DNA of 20,000 nucleotides, from IMG/VR virus record IMGVR_UViG_3300011189_000010, one strand, 5' to 3'. Under the pieces are notes generated by a model. It was not told where the DNA came from, did not search any database, and saw only the letters and a list, made by a program, of their open reading frames with translations. The first letter of the stretch is position 1, and every line of letters begins with the position of its first letter. Position numbers and translations under genes: made by a program. The DNA is from an uncultured virus (IMG/VR IMGVR_UViG_3300011189_000010). Lineage: Duplodnaviria > Heunggongvirae > Uroviricota > Caudoviricetes. Shown in pieces: positions 8,546 through 17,990 of the stretch.

Positions 8546-9338
8546 CAGTAAAAGTTATTTTTACACTCTTTACTGGTTTTAAAGAATTTCCTAGACTATC
8601 AGTAATATTAAATGTAAGGTAATATTCACCAGCAGAATCTATTGTATCTATTTCTTCTCCAATGTTATTTTTAAGAATAAAATTATCATCTGTGTAGATA
8701 AAGGAATTGTTATTAGAATCTCTAACATCATTCACAATATTACTAACTAATGTTCCTTTAGTGACATCACTAATAAAAGAGTCAATATATTGGAATTCAT
8801 CAGCAACAGTTGTATTATAAGGTTTTACAACATCTGGACTATTAGCATCTATTATATTTGTGAAATACACAACTGGTCTATAATCAAAGAAAGAAGATTC
8901 ATCATCAATAATGGCTAACATAACTTCTAACCTAACACTATATTTTTCATTTGGATTTGATATAAATAATTGTGGTATACGTTTAGTTGTATTACCAGTA
9001 AGTACCATCATCTCTGAAACAACACCTTCATATTCCAAATTATCGTAAGGACTCCATGTTAAGTAGTTATCTTCTTTTATTACAGATTTGAAGTCATAGA
9101 TAACTTTCATAGCTAAAAATGTAACATTATCACCCAATCCTAAATGATTGAGTAAATAATTCTGTTCTCCTTTTTTCAGTATTATTTTACCTTTCAATAT
9201 TTGTGTATATGGTATTCTTAACCCAGATAACATAAGGCGTTCCATAGTATTAGATTCTTCAACAGCAACAAAGTCGCTTTTATTAAGCTTTATATAATTA
9301 AAGCCATTATCAAATAAAGAATTTCCACATACACTCAT
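8538..9338 (-). CDS. Hypothetical, probably structural, protein with a C-terminal Ig-like strand motif
   Basis: 266-aa ORF. The C-terminal GEYYLTFNITDSLGN resembles the G-x-Y-x-x-x-x-x-x-T-D-x-x-G-N end of Ig-like domains. Confidence 0.7.
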   Translation of the reverse strand: MSVCGNSLFDNGFNYIKLNKSDFVAVEESNTMERLMLSGLRIPYTQILKGKIILKKGEQNYLLNHLGLGDNVTFLAMKVIYDFKSVIKEDNYLTWSPYDNLEYEGVVSEMMVLTGNTTKRIPQLFISNPNEKYSVRLEVMLAIIDDESSFFDYRPVVYFTNIIDANSPDVVKPYNTTVADEFQYIDSFISDVTKGTLVSNIVNDVRDSNNNSFIYTDDNFILKNNIGEEIDTIDSAGEYYLTFNITDSLGNSLKPVKSVKITFTDD

Positions 9339-9357
9339 AATATCACTTTTGTTTATT

Positions 9358-9365
9358 TATATATT
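9358..9365 (-). promoter_or_regulatory. AATATATA motif, putative phage promoter
   Basis: In a 39-nt intergenic gap, 19 nt upstream of the ATG at 9338. Confidence 0.5.
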
Positions 9366-9377
9366 AAAATCAGAAAC

Positions 9378-12062
9378 TTAATTTAATCTATTGATGCTAA
9401 TTTGATACCTTTCATTTAATTCATCTGAGTTACTGACTCTAGTAACTTTTATACTAGAACCTTTATTTAGTGAAAAATAAGGTTTATTACTCAATAAAGT
9501 AGAAGGTGGAACGTGAGTTGGATTATGTATTACAAATGGTGATTGACCTATATAAGTACTTACTAAATCATTATTAGAACTAATATCAATAACTATTTCA
9601 TTACCAGATATTGAATTTAAAATATACTGACCAGAGTAATCAAAAATAGATTCCTCTCCAAAAAATAAATTATTAAGAAGTAATGAGTCACCCGTATTTA
9701 AAGAACTTTCTACTAATATAGGATTTTCTTCTAATGATAGTTGAATAAGGTTATCTGATATAAGTGTTATGGGTTTACTAAAATCTATATTAAAATCAAA
9801 TCCATCCCATAGATAAGAAGAATTCGGAAGTTCTGTATTAGAATTATAATATACTGGTAAATCAATACCCCCAATTAAAAGTGTCTCAGTTTGTTCATTA
9901 TTATTAGATCCAGCATTTGATACCATAAATATATCTAGCTTTTTATTTTGTGTAGATTCTACAGTCCCTGTAATATTAATATCTAAAGTTTGCATAAGTG
10001 ATAAATCTTTATCTAAGATAATAGTAAGTTTATCATTATTATCTAGGTTTAGTTGTATTTTGTCATCATTTTTAATATTTATAAGAAAGTCTCTATTTCT
10101 AGGAACTAATAAACTTGTTGAAACTATACCATCTTGTGTGTATAATTCACTAGATAATATATTGTCTACTTTATCGTATTTATTATCAACATTTATTAAT
10201 TGAAACGTTGGGGGATTACCAGGTATCTCAACAACCTCAATACTACTACTGTTTTCGATTTGGTTCGTAGTATATAAACTTAATAACTTTTCTAAATTAC
10301 TTATTTTTGTATTTATAGTATTCAAATCAGTCTGTGTATATAAAAGACCTTTCAATGAATTTAGTTCATCTCTAACAAAAGATTGTTCTGCAATTGTCTT
10401 TAAGAAACTATCATTAGTAGATGATAAGGATTGCATAGCTTTATTGAATAAATTCATACTAAACATAGAATTTATAGCTTCTGGATTATAAGTTTCGGTT
10501 GGGTTATCATTTATTATATTAAAATTAAGACTTAAGTTAAATGCATATGATGTACCATCTTGCTCCCCATTAGCTACTAATTTTTTAATAGCAGGGAACT
10601 TAATATCCTTATCACCACTCAAGCTATTGCTAGGATTATCTAAAAATGATATACCATATAAGTTGGTAGTTGTATTACCATTATTATCCTCTACTGAATA
10701 GTACCATAAAATTGCATTAAATTCAAAATCTCTAGGTGGTTCATTATTAACATTAAGTGCATTAAACTGATCAAAATTACTAACAGTTCTGTTGGGTATA
10801 TTCATTTTGATATAATGACTAGTATCAAAGTCTAAAGTAACACCGTCAATTTTAGTATTATCAATAACTGGATTATTTATATCACCCTTAACACCATAGT
10901 AATCTCCATTCCTTCTTAGAGAATCACCATTTGATGTTCTGTATGTGAAATCTAGTGTATCAAATTGTCCAAAATATCCACCTGGGTAGTTTTGGCTAGA
11001 ACTTACTATTGGTGAGTTGAAAAGTTCGGCACCTCTTATCTCTGGTTGGTACTGATTAGGTATTATTGGAAAGGTTACATTTGGTTTATAATTCTCATCA
11101 GAGAGAGTTCTGAATAAAACATCGGGAGTCTTTCCTGTGTGGTCTGGTATATGAGCATAAACTTCTGTATAAGACCTATTAGCTTCTTGTACATTGGATA
11201 CTCCATTTATTTCTCCAACATATTGAACAAGCCTATTATAAACTAATCTAGCTTGACCAGTAGTCTCTATTATTTCGCTTAAATTAGACTCTAAATCAAC
11301 AATTATTCTTTGTCCAACACTACCAGTGCTAGGAAAACTTTTTAATATTTTTGTATTAACACCTTGCTCTGTGTCAGCATCAGATAGGCTTGACTCATTT
11401 AGTATATCAGAATTTGATACATTGTATATGTTTATAACATCACCTTCTATTAAATTAGTCGTACCATTAAATTGTATTTCTAACCTTGGTGGTAAGTTAA
11501 AATCTGTATCTTCTGTTTGTCTATATGCGACTGTGTCCCAATCTATTATTTCTCTTTCTTTCCACAAGTACTCTGGAAAGTATTCATCATTATTTATATC
11601 CCTAGATTCAAATTCTGTTAAATTACTAAAATACTCATCACTTGGTAAGGCTGGTTCTAATTGTAGTATATTCAATTTTTTACACCATTTCCAGAATATC
11701 TTTTCAGAGGTAGTCTCCAATGATTCATTATTATAATAGTATTCTGTATTATTGAGTCTTGACTCTCTTATAGTTACCTCTTGATTAGCAACATAATTTC
11801 TTAGAGATTCAACAATTGACTCACCATATGTGGCAGGTGGGTTAGCACCAGTGGATTTTGAAAACACATCAAAGTCAAAATAATTAGGACTAGATGTGGA
11901 TGTAGTATCTTGTTTTGGTAGATTAAGCAAAGTATACTTAGAAAAGTACATTTTATAATTACTGTTTTGGTATGCAGCACTTATGTCTTCTGCTGCTCCA
12001 GGAAAAGCATAAAATGTTGTACCATTTTGTTTTAATGATTTATAAAGAGGTGTTTTAGCCAT
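9378..12062 (-). CDS. Large hypothetical protein, probable virion structural component (894 aa)
   Basis: Long acidic, Asn-rich ORF with beta-rich stretches and a short coiled coil (RDELNSLKGLL...INTKISNLEKLL). No catalytic motif recognised. Confidence 0.65.
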   Translation of the reverse strand: MAKTPLYKSLKQNGTTFYAFPGAAEDISAAYQNSNYKMYFSKYTLLNLPKQDTTSTSSPNYFDFDVFSKSTGANPPATYGESIVESLRNYVANQEVTIRESRLNNTEYYYNNESLETTSEKIFWKWCKKLNILQLEPALPSDEYFSNLTEFESRDINNDEYFPEYLWKEREIIDWDTVAYRQTEDTDFNLPPRLEIQFNGTTNLIEGDVINIYNVSNSDILNESSLSDADTEQGVNTKILKSFPSTGSVGQRIIVDLESNLSEIIETTGQARLVYNRLVQYVGEINGVSNVQEANRSYTEVYAHIPDHTGKTPDVLFRTLSDENYKPNVTFPIIPNQYQPEIRGAELFNSPIVSSSQNYPGGYFGQFDTLDFTYRTSNGDSLRRNGDYYGVKGDINNPVIDNTKIDGVTLDFDTSHYIKMNIPNRTVSNFDQFNALNVNNEPPRDFEFNAILWYYSVEDNNGNTTTNLYGISFLDNPSNSLSGDKDIKFPAIKKLVANGEQDGTSYAFNLSLNFNIINDNPTETYNPEAINSMFSMNLFNKAMQSLSSTNDSFLKTIAEQSFVRDELNSLKGLLYTQTDLNTINTKISNLEKLLSLYTTNQIENSSSIEVVEIPGNPPTFQLINVDNKYDKVDNILSSELYTQDGIVSTSLLVPRNRDFLINIKNDDKIQLNLDNNDKLTIILDKDLSLMQTLDINITGTVESTQNKKLDIFMVSNAGSNNNEQTETLLIGGIDLPVYYNSNTELPNSSYLWDGFDFNIDFSKPITLISDNLIQLSLEENPILVESSLNTGDSLLLNNLFFGEESIFDYSGQYILNSISGNEIVIDISSNNDLVSTYIGQSPFVIHNPTHVPPSTLLSNKPYFSLNKGSSIKVTRVSNSDELNERYQISINRLN

Positions 12063-12089
12063 TTAGTTAAATTGTGTTTTTATAATGTA

Positions 12090-12097
12090 TATATATT
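12090..12097 (-). promoter_or_regulatory. AATATATA motif, putative phage promoter
   Basis: 27 nt upstream of the ATG at 12062. Confidence 0.5.
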
Positions 12098-12161
12098 TCT
12101 TTAGTACCTCTTTACTCACAAAACTTTACATACTTACGACACTGCTCATAAAAATATTCAC

Positions 12162-12533
12162 TTACAACATTTTAATTATTTCCGTTATCGTTCTCTTAGT
12201 TCCATTTAATGTATATTCATACAATCCGAAAGAGTTATTTTCAGTAGGTATCTCATCAAAGTATTTTATATCATTAAGAACCTCATCTATATCATTTCTA
12301 TACATTAAATAAAAATCATATATATCAGAATCATTAATAAGTCCTTCTATTTGAAAATTTTCGGGAGATTTATTGTACGAATCTACAAAAGTACTATACT
12401 CACCACCATTGTTTTCAACAGTTATCTCTATCATATCCTTTATTTTATCAATCAATTCTAAATACTTATCATCTTCAGCAACAAAGTCTGGTTTGATGTC
12501 TTCCTTTATGTAGTCTGTCCATTTTTTTATCAT
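12162..12533 (-). CDS. Hypothetical acidic protein (123 aa)
   Basis: ORF with an ATG start; N-terminus MIKKWTDYIKED. Confidence 0.8.
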   Translation of the reverse strand: MIKKWTDYIKEDIKPDFVAEDDKYLELIDKIKDMIEITVENNGGEYSTFVDSYNKSPENFQIEGLINDSDIYDFYLMYRNDIDEVLNDIKYFDEIPTENNSFGLYEYTLNGTKRTITEIIKML

Positions 12534-12537
12534 ATAC

Positions 12538-12545
12538 TATATATT
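12538..12545 (-). promoter_or_regulatory. AATATATA motif, putative phage promoter
   Basis: 4 nt upstream of the ATG at 12533, in a 28-nt gap. Confidence 0.5.
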
Positions 12546-12561
12546 ATTTTTTAAAATTAGT

Positions 12562-15500
12562 TTATGACCAGTCTGCACTAAATACACCATCATACCACAC
12601 ACCACCTTTCCATATACCGTTCTCAAATAATCCATTAAACCAAAGACCACTTCTCCAATCTGCATTCCTAAACCTACTAACCGACCTAAAATCTAAGTTT
12701 TGTTCATTTACAGTGTCTTGTATATTTATATCAAGATATATATCACTGGTATTTTCATTTTGAATAGTATTTACGACAGAATATATACCAGGTTCTTCAT
12801 TAGTTCCTAGATTATATATATCAATTCCCCTAGATATAGCACTAAAGGATGATGTTTTATCTGCAATAATAGTTATTTGATCCCCTATATTATAACTATA
12901 AGGCTTATCAATAGTTATGTAGTTATTTTCTATATTAATACCAACAATGTTAATATCCTCTACAATTCCACCATACCACACACCAGACCTAAAGTCTATA
13001 TTATAAGCAACGCCACCATAAAATCCACCACTAAACCAAGTCCCTGTCTCCCATATAGAGTATTTGTGTACTTCTGATACATCATAATTACCATTAGTGT
13101 CAATATTTAATCTAGAATGAAAGGTTCCATTGATAAATTTACCAGACTTCCAAATAGAGGCTCTACTATTATATGATTTAACACCAAATCTTGACTCAAC
13201 ACCGTTTTTTTCATCAAAAACACCATTAAACCAAATTCCATTATCAAAATCTCCACCATTCCAAGTACCATCTAACCAATAAGCTGCCCCGTTATCCGTA
13301 CTAAACCTCCCATTATTCCAAGTACCGTCTATCCATATACCACTTGTAAATATACCATTTTCCCAAGTACCACCATTCCAGAGACCGTCAAACCATTGTC
13401 CGTTTATCCACTTTCCATCATACCATCTACCAGTATTCCAAGTACCATTTTCCCAAGTACCACCAAACCATCTACCAGTATTCCATACCGAACTAATATT
13501 GTTATCAGAGTTTACATCAATGGTTACATTTATAAAATTATCCTTTATATTTTTTGACTTCCATATACCACCAAACCAATCTCCAGATAACCAAGTACCA
13601 CTTATCCATGTACCACCAAACCATCTACCACATTCCCATCTTCCTTTATACCATACTAGACCATTATTATCAAGACCAATAACAGCATCGCTTATTTCAC
13701 TCTCATAAATCCATGAATAGTTTCTTGCTAAAGTCTCAACATCAAGACCATCAACTAATCTAAATCTGAATCTATTATAATCTACATTTGATAGAGAATA
13801 TAAACTACCAGCTAGTGTGGTGTTCTGTGGATTCAATTCTATTGACACCTTACCTAGTTTATCAACACCAACATCTATAAGGTCTGTTGGTTGATAATTT
13901 AAAAAGGGATCTTTCCTAATATATCTCACAGTCCCAGTATCTGTACCAATTAAAGGTCTATTTTCATAATTTATATCAGTAACTAAGTCAAATTCATTTA
14001 TTACATTAACAACTCTATATCCAAAATACTGAGGATTAAGTTCTTCTGATGAACCATTACCACCATTAAAATCTAGTATAACACCATCCCCATTTGAAAG
14101 TTCGTGCTTTTGTGAACAAGAAACATATAATTTATTTTGAAACTCACTTGTATTCAATATAGGAACAGTTACTCTTTCCTCTAATCTAGTTATATTGAGT
14201 GCTAATTCATTTTTAAAATCAGTATAGACTATACCACTTATAGAATTATTAGTCGTAAAGTCTGATAATAATATTTTAGCATAGGAATCAGTATTTACTT
14301 TGAAATTTAATTTTTTATTTAGAGTTTCATATTCTACATCCCAAATCTGACCAGAATCAAAAGTCCCAGATTTATACTTCTTAGTAGAATATGACCTTTG
14401 TATATTATTCAATAACTGTAAATCACTACTTATAACCTCTAGTGATCTTCTTGACTCTATATCAATTGAGGTTAGTGGATTAACTTGGTTTTCATTTGGG
14501 TAAATAAATTCTTTGTGGAACTCTATAATATACGTATCCGTGCTTTGTTCATAATATTTATCAAAAACCAACATCTGTTCATTTGAAGATAAATCTTCGT
14601 CTTGGTATAAATTTATATTAACAAAGGTATTTAAAAAAATACTCTTCCATTCAAATTCTAAATTAGAGCCAAAAACTAATTTATTATTCTTCTTTATATT
14701 ATAGTCAATATAAATAGAATTTATATCATTTGCAGAGACTGGTATGTTATTATAAACAGGCATAGAGTAATATTCCTTTGTCGGAAAAAATCTAGGATTT
14801 ACTGTATTTATATCATTAATAGACTCTAAATAGTCTAATAAATTATAAGTTGGTGTGTAACCAAATTTTAGAAATGAGTCTTTATATTCCATTGTAGATA
14901 TTTTAGCACCATCATTAAGACTAAATAATGTAGTCATATTATAATATGATGTTATGTTATTGAATTTAGGTCTAAAATTTATTACACCATTATTGTTAAA
15001 TATTATATCATATCCCTTATATAATGGATGTTTTTTAAAATTAGATACAAGTGAATCTCTAGAATTAAATCTGTTTAAATTAGTTATTTTAATCTCTGAA
15101 TTTTTAAACATATTAATAATAGATTGGTTAAACTCTGTATATAGATATACAAATGTATTATCTAAAAACACAACAGTTTTATTAACCATAAAGTTTTCAT
15201 TTAGAAAATTTGTTTCTACATTTATGATATCGCCCTTACTTGGTATATCACTTAAATTACTATATTTTATAACCATTAAATAACTACCAAGATATATGTT
15301 TATAGCAGAATCAAGTGGTCTAGACACTTGTGGTTGTGAAATTGAACTAAATCTACTAAATTTATCATTGTATAGACTTGGTGATAATTTTAATAAATCA
15401 TCATCTGATGTAGAAATCCCTTTTATAAACCTTTGTACATTTTCTTCTGTTTTAGTAAATTTAGACGAAAATTCCACTTTGGTTGTGTCTGTCATTGGTG

Positions 15501-17664
15501 AGTTAGTATAGTGTTCGAATGTTGATGTACTATCTTTCCAATAATCTATCCAGTTAGTCTCATTTTCAAAGGACGAAAACTCTATACTACCACTGATAGA
15601 ATCATAGCTTATTTCTATAGATTCTGGTAGTCTGTATTCACCATCGTCTGTGAAAAAGTTTAATTTACTAGCAATATCATAATCTAGGAATAACATCTTT
15701 GACTTTAACTTGTTCAAGAATGTATCATCTATATCCTCAAATACTAAGGTATTATAATCAGAACTACTAAGTAAAGAATTATTACCACATATAACTATTT
15801 CGTTACCCCCAAAGTCAAATAACTTATTTGGATATAGTTCAGAAACAAAGTTAGCATTAGTTGCAGTTATAGACCTATTATCAAAGCGTGTTCCAACTCC
15901 TATAGAATTGAAATCATCTAAACTGAATGAAAATATACCATTACTATCTGTTTCTTGATTAAAACCAACAAAATAAAAAGTATTAGTGCCTTCTTTTCTC
16001 TCAATATTTACTATATCCCCGTAGTTTTTGTCCTTAAACTCCATAAATAAAAAATCAGTATCAAGTGGTATAGATTCATTTATATCATAAAATATTATAT
16101 TACTATCATTGGTAACTATTATAACTAGTTCCTTCGGACTATCAGTTATAGTTATATTAGACTCAGAAGCATTGAACGATGTATAAAATGGATTCCAATT
16201 ATCAACGGTTGTTATGATTATATCATTTATATTATCAACTAATAAAAACTCATCATCTTCATCTAAAAATTTGGATATCCTCCTCTTGAATGCCGTCCAT
16301 TTATCACCATCGTTCTTAATCTCTAAAAACACGCCATTATCCCCACCTATAAATATCTTATTTGTATTATAAAAGATAACTTTGTTAAAATTAAATGATT
16401 GAAAAGCCTTAACATCAAATGGTATCCAATCCTTGCCACCATTAGATGTTATAAATATTGTATTATTATCACCAACTAAAACACCATTAAGATCATTAAA
16501 GAATGATATAGAATTTAAATTACTCACGACTTGTGTATTAGATTTTATTAACTCTATTTTATCTACTTCAAAATCGTGTTTCCTAGTTCTTAATAGATTA
16601 CCCTTATTGCCCACTATCCAATAATATAATGTAGTCTGTGATATACTTTTCAAATCTACTTTAAACTTATTTCTTATTATATTGCTTCTACCGTCTTGAT
16701 TATTTATAATAGATCCAAATTCTCCAACAGATATTATCCTCTCTGGTATTGAGTAATTGGTTTCGTTAAATTCATACGATTGTGTTCCGTGTTTTAAAAG
16801 GTCGTAATAATTTAAATCGGCTATGTTATTATAATCTAATTGATTTCTAAGTAGTTTATTTTCTTTTTGAACAAATTCAATAGGCTCATTAAATCTAGTT
16901 GTTGGATAATATCCATTAGATAACCTAGACAGATGAAACTGTTTATCTTTATTCACTAAACCTAATTTAACACTTACACTATATCTAATACACTTCTGAT
17001 AATCGTCTAAATCATCTTCTTTAACAAGCCTATCATTTTTTACCAAATATATACCATTCCTTTCATCAAAATACTCATAAGTAGTATTAGTACCCAATGT
17101 ATCTACTACAGTATAATTTCCTTCGAAGAAATCATCTGGATTTGTTGTTATTTGTAATATAATAGTTTTCTTTTGGTCTTTTACAAGTACTCTATGTCCT
17201 TCTAAAACTCTAACACCATCTATTTTAGTATCTCCAAGATTTGCACTTAAGTCTAGTATATCATCTGTTGTTGCCAAGTCAACATATATGAAGCTATTAA
17301 AAGATTCTCCTATTATTTTCTCTGGTGTGAAAAGGTTTTTTAGAGTAAGTCCATATTCTGATAAATTCTTTGTATAAAATTCATATGCAGTATCTCTATT
17401 TATAGGCGTGGGATACCTAGGTGGTACTAATGTGTTAACATAATCAGAAACACTTGGATCAATATACCATGTCTTATATCTTCTATTTGATAGTATATCA
17501 TATATATTATCTTCATCATTAAATGGTATATAAGTAGCACCACTTAGACAATTTGAATAAAACCTAACACTTTCTTGTTCTTGTTTTAAAAATTCATAAT
17601 TGTCATGAATTAAAGTATCTTTCTTACTAAACCATTTATCTTCTATTTTGTTATATTCCCACAT
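12562..17664 (-). CDS. Very large multidomain putative virion/tail protein (1700 aa): tail-fibre-like motif, YCF48/BNR-like propeller blades, C-terminal (W/F)xxGx repeats
   Basis: VDLATT...KIDGVRVLEGHRVLVKDQ...NGIY motif at about 17290-17040; LNSISFFNDLNGVLVGDNNTIFITSNGGKDW blade/Asp-box pattern at about 16740-16290; pentapeptide repeats at 13653-12565. Confidence 0.7.
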   Translation of the reverse strand: MWEYNKIEDKWFSKKDTLIHDNYEFLKQEQESVRFYSNCLSGATYIPFNDEDNIYDILSNRRYKTWYIDPSVSDYVNTLVPPRYPTPINRDTAYEFYTKNLSEYGLTLKNLFTPEKIIGESFNSFIYVDLATTDDILDLSANLGDTKIDGVRVLEGHRVLVKDQKKTIILQITTNPDDFFEGNYTVVDTLGTNTTYEYFDERNGIYLVKNDRLVKEDDLDDYQKCIRYSVSVKLGLVNKDKQFHLSRLSNGYYPTTRFNEPIEFVQKENKLLRNQLDYNNIADLNYYDLLKHGTQSYEFNETNYSIPERIISVGEFGSIINNQDGRSNIIRNKFKVDLKSISQTTLYYWIVGNKGNLLRTRKHDFEVDKIELIKSNTQVVSNLNSISFFNDLNGVLVGDNNTIFITSNGGKDWIPFDVKAFQSFNFNKVIFYNTNKIFIGGDNGVFLEIKNDGDKWTAFKRRISKFLDEDDEFLLVDNINDIIITTVDNWNPFYTSFNASESNITITDSPKELVIIVTNDSNIIFYDINESIPLDTDFLFMEFKDKNYGDIVNIERKEGTNTFYFVGFNQETDSNGIFSFSLDDFNSIGVGTRFDNRSITATNANFVSELYPNKLFDFGGNEIVICGNNSLLSSSDYNTLVFEDIDDTFLNKLKSKMLFLDYDIASKLNFFTDDGEYRLPESIEISYDSISGSIEFSSFENETNWIDYWKDSTSTFEHYTNSPMTDTTKVEFSSKFTKTEENVQRFIKGISTSDDDLLKLSPSLYNDKFSRFSSISQPQVSRPLDSAINIYLGSYLMVIKYSNLSDIPSKGDIINVETNFLNENFMVNKTVVFLDNTFVYLYTEFNQSIINMFKNSEIKITNLNRFNSRDSLVSNFKKHPLYKGYDIIFNNNGVINFRPKFNNITSYYNMTTLFSLNDGAKISTMEYKDSFLKFGYTPTYNLLDYLESINDINTVNPRFFPTKEYYSMPVYNNIPVSANDINSIYIDYNIKKNNKLVFGSNLEFEWKSIFLNTFVNINLYQDEDLSSNEQMLVFDKYYEQSTDTYIIEFHKEFIYPNENQVNPLTSIDIESRRSLEVISSDLQLLNNIQRSYSTKKYKSGTFDSGQIWDVEYETLNKKLNFKVNTDSYAKILLSDFTTNNSISGIVYTDFKNELALNITRLEERVTVPILNTSEFQNKLYVSCSQKHELSNGDGVILDFNGGNGSSEELNPQYFGYRVVNVINEFDLVTDINYENRPLIGTDTGTVRYIRKDPFLNYQPTDLIDVGVDKLGKVSIELNPQNTTLAGSLYSLSNVDYNRFRFRLVDGLDVETLARNYSWIYESEISDAVIGLDNNGLVWYKGRWECGRWFGGTWISGTWLSGDWFGGIWKSKNIKDNFINVTIDVNSDNNISSVWNTGRWFGGTWENGTWNTGRWYDGKWINGQWFDGLWNGGTWENGIFTSGIWIDGTWNNGRFSTDNGAAYWLDGTWNGGDFDNGIWFNGVFDEKNGVESRFGVKSYNSRASIWKSGKFINGTFHSRLNIDTNGNYDVSEVHKYSIWETGTWFSGGFYGGVAYNIDFRSGVWYGGIVEDINIVGINIENNYITIDKPYSYNIGDQITIIADKTSSFSAISRGIDIYNLGTNEEPGIYSVVNTIQNENTSDIYLDINIQDTVNEQNLDFRSVSRFRNADWRSGLWFNGLFENGIWKGGVWYDGVFSADWS
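12565..13653 (-). repeat. Coding pentapeptide repeat region (W/F)-x-x-G-x, about 34 units in six blocks
   Basis: For example WNTGR WFGGT WENGT WNTGR WYDGK WINGQ WFDGL WNGGT WENGI FTSGI WIDGT WNNGR. Exact nucleotide repeats at 13353-13375/13443-13465 and 13423-13440/13468-13485. Confidence 0.9.
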
Positions 17665-17665
17665 A

Positions 17666-17890
17666 TTATCTTTTAACTTTTAATTCCCATATAACTGTTT
17701 TGCTATTAAGGTTGATATTACTATTTATAATAGAAACTTTAGATTTTTTTAATATTTCTTTGATACTTTTTATAAAAATATCATATTCGTATATATCATA
17801 AATATATTCGGACACATCAATTTTATATTCTTGATTTCTAGAGAAAACCAAATCATAAATTAAATCTTCTATTTGTTCTGTTGTTTCCAT
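17666..17890 (-). CDS. Hypothetical protein (74 aa)
   Basis: First gene of the minus-strand run; its stop is 1 nt from the start of the 1700-aa gene. Confidence 0.75.
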   Translation of the reverse strand: METTEQIEDLIYDLVFSRNQEYKIDVSEYIYDIYEYDIFIKSIKEILKKSKVSIINSNINLNSKTVIWELKVKR

Positions 17891-17990
17891 TTATAGAATT
17901 TATAGTACTTTTATTGTTATTATATATTAAATAGAGTTAGTTCTAGGTTAGTGATGAGTAACATTTTTAATATATAAAAATAAAAGGTGA
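17891..17990. promoter_or_regulatory. Divergent promoter region with back-to-back TTAATATATAA motifs
   Basis: 100-nt gap between divergent genes. AATATATA on the minus strand at 17921-17928 and on the plus strand at 17969-17976, each pointing at its gene. Confidence 0.6.

Noticed and set aside
12063..12161. Possible ncRNA or Bacteroidetes TAnnTTTG promoter in the 99-nt gap
   Set aside because: No convincing stem structure and no exact match to the motif on the sense strand.
13230..13653. Short nucleotide repeats suggestive of a CRISPR array or DGR template/variable pair
   Set aside because: They are explained by the in-frame WxxGx peptide repeat. There is no constant repeat-spacer pattern, no adenine-specific mismatch pattern and no reverse transcriptase in the window.
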